A DNA stretch of 64,000 nt from Candidatus Latescibacterota bacterium (GTDB lineage: Bacteria; Latescibacterota; UBA2968), in contig OZ242311.1 of assembly GCA_965207885.1 (NCBI GenBank), forward strand, positions 2,880,001 to 2,944,000. Reading direction: 5' to 3'. The notes under the pieces were generated by a model. It did no database searches. It was given only the letters and a program-made list of their open reading frames with translations, and was not told the origin of the DNA. Of the stretch, positions 41,195 through 51,337 are shown one piece after another; positions within the stretch are counted from its first letter, which is position 1; every line of letters begins with the position of its first letter. A program made the translations under genes and the position numbers.

Positions 41195-42139
41195 GTGGAT
41201 CAGATTCCACCAAAGGAGAAAATTCAGGAGGCCCTTCGGTCAGCCTGGCAGTTCGATGGTTCTCTCATACCGGTACCAAGCACGGAGCGCCTTTTCTCAT
41301 TCACGAAGAATGGGGCGACGTTCTTTGCACGATTGAACTGGGCACGGGGTCAGTTCTGTCCGGAGGAAGTTGTCGAGTTCCTCAATCATCTATCAACAAA
41401 TGATGCCCCTGTCCCCCAGATTGTCCCCACTCTCTCCGAAGATTTGTGTATCATGATCGGAGATGCTGTTGTGCTCTCCGTAGAAACTGATCTCGGTGGG
41501 GAACCTTGCAACTCTCGTCATCTCCACCGATTGGGTGCGGTGGGACGTGGACTTGCTAAGATTCATCTGGCATCGGAGAAGTTCGAAAAATCCAGGATGC
41601 GGAAGAAAGATCTAACTGGCTTTGTGGAGGTCAGACTTCGGCGAGCGCTTTCCCGTTCTCTTCCTGGCGATCTCCGCGACGCCATCAAGACCCTTCATAC
41701 CGAGTTGCAAACCACCTACGAGCACCTAACACGAACATCAGTGCGGTGGATGACAACGCATGGAGATGTCTGGGGTCCCAACGTCCACACGGATGGAGAG
41801 AAAGTCGGTTTCACCGACCTCTGCAACTCTTTTGCGCCAGCTACTGTAGATCTTGTAATGGTCCAACACAGATGGCTAATGAATGATCTGACTGGGGGAC
41901 GATCTCTATTGAAGAAAGAGATGCTGGATTTCCTACGAGGCTATCTTTCTGAGCGACCACTCTCAGTCGGAGACCGGGAAACATTTGGAGTCGTCTGGGC
42001 GGCCTACTATGCTGATCAGTTGTCACATTATATTGAGAAACCAGGAACGGTGAGAGACGCCGTACTCTCACGCTTTGACTTCGAAGGGCAGATTCGGAGA
42101 CTACCGTTAGCGGTGGATGAGATCAGATCACTGCTATAG
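41195..42139 (+). CDS. Phosphotransferase (APH/homoserine kinase type II-like)
   Basis: GRGLAKIH, THGDVWGPNV, FTD. Confidence 0.82.
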   Translation: MDQIPPKEKIQEALRSAWQFDGSLIPVPSTERLFSFTKNGATFFARLNWARGQFCPEEVVEFLNHLSTNDAPVPQIVPTLSEDLCIMIGDAVVLSVETDLGGEPCNSRHLHRLGAVGRGLAKIHLASEKFEKSRMRKKDLTGFVEVRLRRALSRSLPGDLRDAIKTLHTELQTTYEHLTRTSVRWMTTHGDVWGPNVHTDGEKVGFTDLCNSFAPATVDLVMVQHRWLMNDLTGGRSLLKKEMLDFLRGYLSERPLSVGDRETFGVVWAAYYADQLSHYIEKPGTVRDAVLSRFDFEGQIRRLPLAVDEIRSLL

Positions 42140-42152
42140 AGACGACCAACAC

Positions 42153-43952
42153 ATGGAAGGTACTCACTACAACCTCGTCATCTACGGCGGCAATCCCGCA
42201 GGTCTTGCCTGCGCAGTTCGATCTGCGCGTGAAGGATTGACCGTCTTGCTCGTCAATCATACCCCCCACATCGGTGGACTGCCAGCCAATGGGATGGGAC
42301 TCTGGGATACACTTTACGAAGGCTGGCGATCGCCCATCTACAATGAGATGCGTCAGGCGATCTTCGATCATTACCGCAATACCTATGGAAAAGATTCACC
42401 GCAATACGCAGCCTGCCTGCCCGGCGAAACGGGCCACTCCAATGGCAAATACGAAGCGCGTGTCTTCGAACAATTGTCGGAAGAGATGATACAGGCAGAA
42501 TCAAACATTACCCTGATCAAAAGCCATTACCCTACCGATATCGAACAAGCTGACCGCTTAATTACAGCTATCACATTCACAGAAATGAATCGCGATACCA
42601 GCTTCCGAGCTACCGGAGATATCTTTGTCGATACTTCTTACGAAGGCGATCTTCTACCCTTAGCCAATGTCGCTTTCAGAGTCGGACGTGAATCCAAAGA
42701 CGAATTTAACGAACCTCACGCTGGTCGCATCTTTATGCGATTTGCAAAGGAGCTTCCCGAGTCAGAACAACACATGGCCGACATTGTTGCATCGCTAAAC
42801 CTGAGGCAATTTGGTGGTGCGATGGAAACCATCAAGCCCGATAGCACGGGCGAAGGCGATGGTGTTGTGCAAGCCATGAACTTTCGCACAGCCCTCAGCA
42901 GCGATCCCAACAATCAGGTCAAACCAGAGCCACCAGAAGACTACGATCCCGCACGCATCAAAACCCTACTCCAATCCCTCGAAGTCAACAGACCTGATCG
43001 CGGGCAAGATGGCGGACAATTTCCCAACAACAAAAGCGACTGGAACCGACCACAACTTATTGAAGGTGCGACCGACTATGTCCACGGCGACTGGCCAACC
43101 CGTCAGCGCATCTTGAAAGACTTCTGGAACATCGTTATTGGCATTTTGTATTTCTTTCAAAACGATCCCGATGTGCCCGAAAACATGCGCGAAGCCTTTG
43201 CTCAGTGGGGGCTGGCCAAAGACGAATTTCCCGACAACAATCACATGCCCTGGGAGATCTATGTGCGCGAAGCCCGTCGTCTCGAAGGGCGTTATATGCT
43301 CACCGAGCACGATGTTCGCCTGGCCGAAGGCATAGACAGAGCGCCCATTCACTCAGATACGATTGCTATTTGTGAATGGTACACGGACGTTCACGCCTGC
43401 CATCCCGAACGCGTCAAAGACAGTCGCGATGAAGGCAAAGTCATGCTCCACAAGCAAACCGTCCCTGGTCAGATCCCTTATCGAAGCCTGCTCGCCAATG
43501 AATTAGACAATTTCCTCGTCCCAGTCTGCCTTTCTTCCAGCCACCTCGGACAAAGCGCGATTCGTCTGGAGCCCACCTGGATGCAAATTGCCGAGTCTGC
43601 TGGTTATGCGGCCGTCCAGGCCATCAAAAACAAACAGACACCGGCCGACATTGATATTGATCAGCTTCAACAAACCCTGGCCGAACAAAATTCCATGCTC
43701 ACATTTCTCAATGATATTGACCTTAACGACGACTATGCACACAACGCCGCTATACAATGGGCAGGTACAAAGGGATTCTTCGATACATACGATGCCAGAC
43801 CGCAGGATAAACTTGACCAGCACACAGCGCATCGTTGGATCGATGGTTTTGTCCAGTTGTGTGGAGAAAAACTCGACACCAAGACACTCGCACATTTAAC
43901 CCGAGGTGAAGCCTGCCAAATCCTTTACGATTCCTATTTTCAACAACAATAG
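42153..43952 (+). CDS. FAD-dependent oxidoreductase
   Basis: IYGGNPAG, DTSYEGD, YVREARRL, IPYRSL, IRLEPTWM. Confidence 0.88.
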   Translation: MEGTHYNLVIYGGNPAGLACAVRSAREGLTVLLVNHTPHIGGLPANGMGLWDTLYEGWRSPIYNEMRQAIFDHYRNTYGKDSPQYAACLPGETGHSNGKYEARVFEQLSEEMIQAESNITLIKSHYPTDIEQADRLITAITFTEMNRDTSFRATGDIFVDTSYEGDLLPLANVAFRVGRESKDEFNEPHAGRIFMRFAKELPESEQHMADIVASLNLRQFGGAMETIKPDSTGEGDGVVQAMNFRTALSSDPNNQVKPEPPEDYDPARIKTLLQSLEVNRPDRGQDGGQFPNNKSDWNRPQLIEGATDYVHGDWPTRQRILKDFWNIVIGILYFFQNDPDVPENMREAFAQWGLAKDEFPDNNHMPWEIYVREARRLEGRYMLTEHDVRLAEGIDRAPIHSDTIAICEWYTDVHACHPERVKDSRDEGKVMLHKQTVPGQIPYRSLLANELDNFLVPVCLSSSHLGQSAIRLEPTWMQIAESAGYAAVQAIKNKQTPADIDIDQLQQTLAEQNSMLTFLNDIDLNDDYAHNAAIQWAGTKGFFDTYDARPQDKLDQHTAHRWIDGFVQLCGEKLDTKTLAHLTRGEACQILYDSYFQQQ

Positions 43953-44164
43953 AGAATAGGAGTTTTCCAGGTTTACTGATCAACCAAACATTATTCACGA
44001 TCCAGGATCAACACGTATCGGCAGATTTTTTTCAACTGTGAAGCTATACAGAGTTACATTGCAGAGGTAGACCAAAGTCCAGCAAGTCGGCTGTGCAAAA
44101 CCTGATCGTTGTTTTCAAGCCATGATATGCAACCTCAGATAACAACAAATGGTTCCGACAGAGC

Positions 44165-44623
44165 ATGAGCCACAACGATTATATGCGACAGGCCATTGCA
44201 ATGGCGCAGAAGGCACCCAAGTCTCCGTTCGGCGCGGTGATCGTTCGACAGACAACAGGCGAGATCATCGCAAAAGGGGTTAACCGTTCTTCGGAAGATC
44301 CGACACTCCACGGCGAGATTGACGCGATCAATCGTTGTGCGGCAGCCCATTCACAGATCGACTGGACAGAACTCGATTTGTATACGACAGCTGAGCCGTG
44401 CCCCATGTGTCAAAGTGCCATCGAGTGGGCCGGAATTTCTACTGTTTACTATGGGACTTCGATCCCTTATCTGCAAAGCCTCGGTTGGCGGCAAATCGAT
44501 ATCCGCGCCAAAGAGGTGGCTCGCCGTACTCCATTTCGGCAGACCAAAGTAATCGGCGGTATTCTCGAGTTCGAGTGTAATGCCCTGTTTGAGGCCGCCC
44601 ACAAAAGTGACTCCAAGGAGTGA
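44165..44623 (+). CDS. Nucleoside deaminase (CMP/dCMP deaminase fold)
   Basis: PFGAVIV, HGE, EPCPMC. Confidence 0.9.
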   Translation: MSHNDYMRQAIAMAQKAPKSPFGAVIVRQTTGEIIAKGVNRSSEDPTLHGEIDAINRCAAAHSQIDWTELDLYTTAEPCPMCQSAIEWAGISTVYYGTSIPYLQSLGWRQIDIRAKEVARRTPFRQTKVIGGILEFECNALFEAAHKSDSKE

Positions 44624-44651
44624 GTCTATATATAGTTTGGGGTAAGAAAAT

Positions 44652-45929
44652 ATGGAGCATATGAAAGACGATGTAGATGTGCTCGTAGTTGGCGGAGGCA
44701 CAGCGGGCACGATTGCTGCCATACAAGGGGGGCGCGCGGGACTTCGCACGGCTCTGGTTGAATCTGGCAGTCAACTCGGCGGTGTCACCACAACAGGCGG
44801 CGTTTCCTTCCCCGGGCTTTTTCATGCCTGGGGAAAGCAGATTGTCGCGGGCATTGGATGGGAACTAGTTATAAAAGCAGTGGCACTTGACAGTGGTCAA
44901 CTGCCGGATTTTTCCGTCTTCTCTCCTGAGCGCCATTGGATGCACCAGATACGCATCAATGGCCCTGTATATGCGGCACTTGCAGAAGAAGCCTGTACTC
45001 AAGCAGGTGTGCAATTGCACTTTTATGAAATACCGACGCAAATTTTAGAAACAGACAGAGGTTGGAAAATCGAGACTGTCGGAAAAAACCTGCGGCGCAC
45101 CATCCTGACCAAACAGTTAATTGACTGCACCGGCGGAGCAAATATTGTGGGCCAGATCGGTTTTCCTCGTTTGCGCGAAGAAGAAACACAACCGGGCACA
45201 TTGATTTTTAAACTGGGTGGTTATGATGTTGATACGCTGGACGAAGATGTCATACAGAGACAGTTTATCGCAGCCATGAAAGATGGCCGATTACAACACG
45301 GCGATGTAAGCAATCCGCGCGCACGGTTCATCGGCTACCTTGGAAAAGGCGGAGAAAATGCCCAGCATGTATTTGGCGCTGATGCATCGACCTCTGACAG
45401 GCATACAAAAACCAACATTGCAGGGCGACAATCTTTGTTGCGGATTTTGCGGTTTGTACGTTCACTGCCTGGATGCGAAAATGCCCGCGTTTTAAAAGCG
45501 CAGGCAGAAACCGCTGTGCGCGAAACCTATCGCATTGTTGGAGAGGAGCAGATAACTCACGATGATTATACCAGTGGCCGACATTTTGAGGACGCTGTAT
45601 CGTACTCTTTTTATCCAATTGACCTCCATGACAAAGACGGTGTAAAGCCCCAACCTCTGTCTGAAGGCACAGTTGCAACAGTTCCACTACGCGCACTGAT
45701 CCCTAAAAACAGTCATAATTTACTCGTCGCTGGACGCAGTGTGAGCAGTGACCGACTTGCAAATTCTGCTTTGCGAGTACAGGCATCCTCAATGGCTATG
45801 GGACAGGCAGCGGGTGCAGCAGCAGCAGTATCTGTGCGTTTGGAAACAACACCCCGCGACGTTCCGCTTTCTGATTTACACGATCTACTCGTGCTACACG
45901 GCGCAGTTGTCCCTAAAAAAGACATCTAA
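44652..45929 (+). CDS. FAD-dependent oxidoreductase
   Basis: VVGGGTAG, IDCTG, VRETYRI, LLVAGRS, MGQAAG. Confidence 0.9.
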   Translation: MEHMKDDVDVLVVGGGTAGTIAAIQGGRAGLRTALVESGSQLGGVTTTGGVSFPGLFHAWGKQIVAGIGWELVIKAVALDSGQLPDFSVFSPERHWMHQIRINGPVYAALAEEACTQAGVQLHFYEIPTQILETDRGWKIETVGKNLRRTILTKQLIDCTGGANIVGQIGFPRLREEETQPGTLIFKLGGYDVDTLDEDVIQRQFIAAMKDGRLQHGDVSNPRARFIGYLGKGGENAQHVFGADASTSDRHTKTNIAGRQSLLRILRFVRSLPGCENARVLKAQAETAVRETYRIVGEEQITHDDYTSGRHFEDAVSYSFYPIDLHDKDGVKPQPLSEGTVATVPLRALIPKNSHNLLVAGRSVSSDRLANSALRVQASSMAMGQAAGAAAAVSVRLETTPRDVPLSDLHDLLVLHGAVVPKKDI

Positions 45930-45950
45930 AAAACAAAGGCCGAACTTTTT

Positions 45951-47375
45951 ATGCCTGAAAAACCTGATATTATCTGGATTTACTGTGACGAACTGCGCAC
46001 CGATGCGCTGGACTGTTATGGGCATCCCAGATTGCAGTTGCGCACGCCAAATCTCGACCGTTTGGCGTGCAGCGGTGTGCGATTCACAAATAACTTTTGC
46101 AATGCGCCTGTTTGTGTTGCCTCCAGATATTGCACGCTAACTGGTCTCTATCCCGAAGACACAGGCGTGTACAACAACGAAGGTGCATGGCCAAATTTCC
46201 GGTTGCCCCGTATCCTGCAAACTTTCCCTAACGTATTTTCACAGAACGGCTATTCAACTGCCAATTTTGGAAAGATCCATGTTGCCCCCGAAATACGTCC
46301 AGGTGCCAATCCAGAGCACGAAATCTTCCAATACCACGACGGAGCAGGTGGTGAAATGAAAATCTGGGAACATCTTGGCGCAGACGCTGTGCAGATGATC
46401 CGCTCGCCCTACGGCGGCATGAACGGCGGTATTTTCCCAGACGGTGAACCCTATCCTCCCGACTCAGTCGTTGAAAATGCTTTACACTGGCTCCAAACGG
46501 CAACCTCCCCTTATCTCGTGCGCATTTCCCTTCTTCAGCCCCACACGCCGGTATTACCTCCAGCACAATATGTAAAGCTTCTCGACGATTGGGATCCCGG
46601 CCTGCCCGATCCGCTGCCTGACACCCTCTCTGCATTTGAAAAACGCGTTGCCGAAGTTTTTGGTGTGGCCAGAATGGATCCCGAAAAACTCCGTGCAGGA
46701 CGCCTTCACTACTACGCACAGGTCGCCTGGATTGACACTCAAGTCGGACGGGTCTTAGAGTTTCTTGAGGAAACTGGACGACAGGAACAAACGCTCATCG
46801 TATTTGGTGCGGACCACGGCAATCCACTTGGCGAGACAGGCGCCTTCGAAAAACTGACTTACACGCCCACAGTGCATCGCGTGCCACTTCTAATCTCCTG
46901 GTCAGACACCATACCTGCAGAGCAAGTGCGGGATGACATCTGCGATAGTCTGGACATTGCACGAACACTCTTTTCTTTTGCCAACATCGAGACACCTTCG
47001 CAATTCAAAGGCCGCGATCTTTTCACTGATCCACCCCCCGACTGTATCTACTCTACAATCGGATATGGCCAGCCATTCAGCAAGATGGCACCCAACGGTG
47101 GCCGTGGCGACTGGTATGGTAATCGCGGTTGGCCACGGCGAAGCTGCATACGCACGAGCCAGTATCGCCTTGATAAAAATGTGTTGCTCAATGGCGAAAA
47201 ACCGAAACCTGAAGATGAAGACATTTTCCTCGCAGATGTGTACGCTGATCCAGAAGAATTCACAAATATAGCACGAGATCCAGAATGTGCAGATGTTGTC
47301 CACCAATTGTCTGATCAACTGGACAAACACACAGCAAATTCTGTAGAAGTAGATCCGTCATGTTTGCAGAGATAG
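45951..47375 (+). CDS. Sulfatase-like hydrolase
   Basis: PDIIWIYCDELR, CVASR (CxxxR) TG, GKIH, PH, ADHG. Confidence 0.9.
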   Translation: MPEKPDIIWIYCDELRTDALDCYGHPRLQLRTPNLDRLACSGVRFTNNFCNAPVCVASRYCTLTGLYPEDTGVYNNEGAWPNFRLPRILQTFPNVFSQNGYSTANFGKIHVAPEIRPGANPEHEIFQYHDGAGGEMKIWEHLGADAVQMIRSPYGGMNGGIFPDGEPYPPDSVVENALHWLQTATSPYLVRISLLQPHTPVLPPAQYVKLLDDWDPGLPDPLPDTLSAFEKRVAEVFGVARMDPEKLRAGRLHYYAQVAWIDTQVGRVLEFLEETGRQEQTLIVFGADHGNPLGETGAFEKLTYTPTVHRVPLLISWSDTIPAEQVRDDICDSLDIARTLFSFANIETPSQFKGRDLFTDPPPDCIYSTIGYGQPFSKMAPNGGRGDWYGNRGWPRRSCIRTSQYRLDKNVLLNGEKPKPEDEDIFLADVYADPEEFTNIARDPECADVVHQLSDQLDKHTANSVEVDPSCLQR

Positions 47376-47471
47376 AAGATGCTTTGGAAAGAGAGCGAGA
47401 ATGAAGCCTGAGAAATCATTCACCCCGGAACTTGAAATGGCCATCATCAAGCACCTCAATAGGAGGAGGAA

Positions 47472-48332
47472 ATGGCAGTGAAAACGGAACTCACAGACGA
47501 AGACCTGGAGCACTTCCGCGAGAACGGTTACCTGGTGCTCCCACAGGCATTCAACGCCGATGAAGTCGCCCGCATGCAACATGAAGCAGATCGGATACTC
47601 GAGCTCATCATCAACTCTTCCCTGGCCAACGGGCGAAAAAGCGGGCGACTCGACATTCTGCAGACATCTACCGGGCCGATGGTGCGCAAGATCCAGCCCA
47701 TTAACGACCTGTCGCTGTTCCTGGCCGGAGTGTCTGCCGACGAACGACTCATCGGACCCATGCGTCAACTCATGGGTGACGAGCCGATTCTCATGGAGGA
47801 GAAGCTGAACTACAAAGAGCCGCTGCCCGAAGCGATAGAGGGCATCCCATTGGTCGATCGAGAAGACCGGTTTCCGGTTCACAACGATTGGGCGTATTAT
47901 CTGGCGCAGGATTACCCGCAAGAGATCATCTCTTCGGCCGTGACTATAGATCCGTACGACGAATCGTCCGGACCGCTTCACGTCTGGCCGGGGAGTCACA
48001 AACAGCACCTGGAACATCGCCGACCACCCAACAAAAGGGGATGGGAAGTGCTACCGGATTTGATCGATTTCGATGGGGGCATCGACCTGTTGGCGCCGCC
48101 CGGCTCCATCATGCTCTTCCATTCGGTGCTGGTCCACAACTCCAGGCCGAATATTTCCGGTCGTCCGCGGAGGCTTATGATCTACAGTCATTACCCCAGG
48201 CAAAGCGACATCGGGCACGATGTGAGGAACGGGCCCAGCAGGCTCAGGGAATCGCCCTACGAGTGGGAGTATCAGCGGGCGAAGGAACGCGGTGAATTCG
48301 AGGATGTGTTCCAGGCGCCGGTGTTTTCCTGA
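47472..48332 (+). CDS. Phytanoyl-CoA dioxygenase family protein
   Basis: FRENGYL, HND, WPGSH, VHNSRPN..RR. Confidence 0.9.
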   Translation: MAVKTELTDEDLEHFRENGYLVLPQAFNADEVARMQHEADRILELIINSSLANGRKSGRLDILQTSTGPMVRKIQPINDLSLFLAGVSADERLIGPMRQLMGDEPILMEEKLNYKEPLPEAIEGIPLVDREDRFPVHNDWAYYLAQDYPQEIISSAVTIDPYDESSGPLHVWPGSHKQHLEHRRPPNKRGWEVLPDLIDFDGGIDLLAPPGSIMLFHSVLVHNSRPNISGRPRRLMIYSHYPRQSDIGHDVRNGPSRLRESPYEWEYQRAKERGEFEDVFQAPVFS

Positions 48333-48377
48333 TTCCTCACTCGCTGAGTTCATTACCTTTTCATACTGGAGGTTTTA

Positions 48378-49691
48378 ATGGCAAAAATTGTAATCATTGG
48401 TGCTGGCAGTGGATTCGGAAGCCGACTGTCCCTCGATATTTTATCTCGTGAATTATTAAACGATTCCACAATCGCACTCTGTGATATCAACGAAGAGCGA
48501 TTGACCCAGGTGCACGATTACGTGAACCGCGCCATTGATGGCCATAGGCTCCCTGGCAAATGCATCGCCAGCACGGATCGCGAAGAATTATTGCCCGGCG
48601 CAGATTTTGTCGTCACTGCCGTATCCATTGGAGGCGCAGCCTACTGGGGCGAACCTTACGCATCTGAAATCAACATCCCCAAAAAGTACGGCATTAACCA
48701 AACTGTCGCCGACACAGTAGGTGTAGGAGGAGTGTTCCGTTATCTTCGCACCGCACACGAGCACCTATCATTTTGCAAAAGCATGGAAAAACACTGCCCC
48801 GATGCACTCATGTTAAATTATACCAACCCCATGGCCATGCTCACCTGGATGCATTCTATCGGTTCATCCATCCAAAACGTCGGCCTCTGCCACAGCGTAC
48901 AGGGCACAACAAAAAAACTGGCAAATGGCATTGACGTTCCCTACGAAGATGTTAGTTACCTCGTTGCGGGGATTAACCACCAGGCCTGGATTCTAAAATT
49001 CAACAGAGACGGCGAAGACCTGTATCCTCGCATCTTCAAAGCCGTCGATACCCATCCCAGTTTCAAAGACGACCTGGTGCGGGTCGAGATGATGAAGCAA
49101 TTTGGCTATTTTGTCACCGAAAGCACCCGACACAATTCAGAATACCTCCCCTACTTCCAGCGCACTCAGGAATTGCGGGACATCTACAACCTGCCAGAAC
49201 GCGATCCCGTCTATATGGAATTGCCCGAAGGCCGCAAACGGTCCTGGATGAAAGACACGGGCATCACAGATGACGATACCGAAGCCGAAGTCCCAAAACT
49301 GCAAGCATCCCACGAATACGCTTCTTCAATCGTAGAAGCAAAAATCACAGGTGTCCCATTTGTCTTCAACGGCAACGTCATGAACAACGGATCTATCACC
49401 AATCTTCCCGACGAATGCTGTGTTGAAGTACCCTGCATGATCGACAGAGAAGGCATTCATCCCTGTTACGTTGGTGAACTCCCGCCTCAGTGCGCCGCAT
49501 TAAACATGACCAACATCGCCGTACAAGAACTCTCCGTCAAAGCTGCAATGGAAAAAAATAAAGAAGCGGCATTCCATGCTTGTGCATTGGACCCACTTAC
49601 TGCATCCGTCGTATCTTTACCCGATATCCGAAAAATGTTTGAAGAACTCTGGGAAGCAGAAGGCGATCGACTCAGTTATTTTGATGCCTGA
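48378..49691 (+). CDS. Family 4 glycoside hydrolase (alpha-galactosidase-like)
   Basis: IIGAGS, DTVGVGGVFR, NYTNPM, GLCHSVQ, GINH, TES. Confidence 0.92.
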   Translation: MAKIVIIGAGSGFGSRLSLDILSRELLNDSTIALCDINEERLTQVHDYVNRAIDGHRLPGKCIASTDREELLPGADFVVTAVSIGGAAYWGEPYASEINIPKKYGINQTVADTVGVGGVFRYLRTAHEHLSFCKSMEKHCPDALMLNYTNPMAMLTWMHSIGSSIQNVGLCHSVQGTTKKLANGIDVPYEDVSYLVAGINHQAWILKFNRDGEDLYPRIFKAVDTHPSFKDDLVRVEMMKQFGYFVTESTRHNSEYLPYFQRTQELRDIYNLPERDPVYMELPEGRKRSWMKDTGITDDDTEAEVPKLQASHEYASSIVEAKITGVPFVFNGNVMNNGSITNLPDECCVEVPCMIDREGIHPCYVGELPPQCAALNMTNIAVQELSVKAAMEKNKEAAFHACALDPLTASVVSLPDIRKMFEELWEAEGDRLSYFDA

Positions 49692-49765
49692 TAAGGAGCA
49701 CGCATGACCGCACTCACAAATGAAGTCGGATCCGTCTGCTGTAACACTTGCGTATCGGTAGCCAG

Positions 49766-50725
49766 ATGAAAGAAGCTAAACGGGCTTTAGAAGCTTGGGA
49801 TGTCTCCGTCCAGTGCATCAGAGCAGACGCAGTCCCAGAAGTGTATCACGTCGAGTCAACCACAGGCGAGCGCTTCGTTCTGAAGAACGTCGGCGCGCCC
49901 GATGTGCTGGTGCGTACTGAGACTCAGTTCCGAGTCACACGTCATGTTCATGACTCGGGTCTTCCCATAGCCTATCTGGTCGAGACCAGGTCCGGCTTGT
50001 CTTATAGCAAAATCGACTCGTCCATCTACATTTTGATGCCCTTCCTACCAGACGACGAACCTGACTTCTATGGCCCAGATTCAGGCCCGCTCTATCGAAC
50101 TCTAGGAGCAGCCTACGGTCGATTGCACGCCATCTTGGCCGACTTTGAGGGACCCATCATCGAGACGTGGGAGGACAACGCCTATGACCCACTTTTCAAA
50201 GACTATGTTCCCAAGGCGCTACCCAAACTTTCTGGTGAGGCAAGACGAAGAGTTGAGGACACGCTGAGTGAAGTTGAAGGCCACCTGCGACTGATCGCGT
50301 CTTCGTTGCCGATGGAGCCAGTATTCCAGGACGTGCATCGCGGAAATGTCCGGATGGTCAAGGGTGAATTTCGCGGGTTCATCGACTGCGATCACATCAG
50401 TATTGGACAGCGGATTGACGACATCACGACAGCTCTGATTTCGATGATCAAGTACCGAGGTCGCAATGGCCTGCCTTCAGAGGGAGAGACGGGTGAGCAC
50501 CGTCGCTGGTGGCTGGCTCACTTCAGCGAGTTTCTGGCGTCCTACAACGCGGTTAATCCGCTTCGTCCGTTGGAGAGAGACCACATGCCGTATGTGATGC
50601 TTTCGCGCTGTCTCCCAGAGCTTGAGGAGATAGAAAAGGGGAATACCTGTTTGCAACTCCTGGAATGGTTCCAGGCTAATCGAACGGAGATAGAGGTCAG
50701 ATTCGAAGAAGCGGTTGGCGAGTAA
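49766..50725 (+). CDS. Phosphotransferase (APH-like)
   Basis: GRLH, QDVHRGNV, FIDCD. Confidence 0.78.
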   Translation: MKEAKRALEAWDVSVQCIRADAVPEVYHVESTTGERFVLKNVGAPDVLVRTETQFRVTRHVHDSGLPIAYLVETRSGLSYSKIDSSIYILMPFLPDDEPDFYGPDSGPLYRTLGAAYGRLHAILADFEGPIIETWEDNAYDPLFKDYVPKALPKLSGEARRRVEDTLSEVEGHLRLIASSLPMEPVFQDVHRGNVRMVKGEFRGFIDCDHISIGQRIDDITTALISMIKYRGRNGLPSEGETGEHRRWWLAHFSEFLASYNAVNPLRPLERDHMPYVMLSRCLPELEEIEKGNTCLQLLEWFQANRTEIEVRFEEAVGE

Positions 50726-50764
50726 ACGCAGTGTCTGGCAACAGGCCACAGAGGCAGGTTTATT

Positions 50765-51259
50765 ATGGAACGCATCAATTTCAAACGGGTAATTCCAGCC
50801 GACCAGAACCGATTTCGTCCACTCGTCGAAGCTTACTGGCTGGAGATCATGCCACATGCCGATACGGTATGTACATCTGATAGTCGGGATTCGTATTTCG
50901 CAGATCGTTTTCCCCTGTCCAGCACTGAACCAAGGGTATTTTGGGGGCTAAGCGAAGGATCCCCAGTGGGATTTATTTCATTCTCCATATCTGGCACCAG
51001 GGCAGAGATAAACGACTTTTACGTTGTTCCTGCCAAGCGCAGGAGGAGCATTGGGACGTTCCTGGTAAAATCAGCCATAGAAATTACCGATAGTCTGGGA
51101 GTTGATAGGATCGATTTAAATGTCCGACGGGACAATCCAGAAGCCTTGAAATTCTGGGAAGCACAAGGATTTATGATTGGGCACTACGAACTGATTCAAT
51201 ACCGGGATCCTGAAAAGCGAGTTGGATTTTTGGGAGCCCTTTCCTCTGATTTTGTGTAA
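50765..51259 (+). CDS. GNAT family N-acetyltransferase
   Basis: FYVVPAKRRRSIG; NPEALKFWEAQGF. Confidence 0.88.
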   Translation: MERINFKRVIPADQNRFRPLVEAYWLEIMPHADTVCTSDSRDSYFADRFPLSSTEPRVFWGLSEGSPVGFISFSISGTRAEINDFYVVPAKRRRSIGTFLVKSAIEITDSLGVDRIDLNVRRDNPEALKFWEAQGFMIGHYELIQYRDPEKRVGFLGALSSDFV

Positions 51260-51337
51260 AATGTCCAATCTAAAAGAGAAACACAACACCCGCAAAATCG
51301 CGCAAAAAAATCATCTCTTCTTGAGGAGTAATTCATA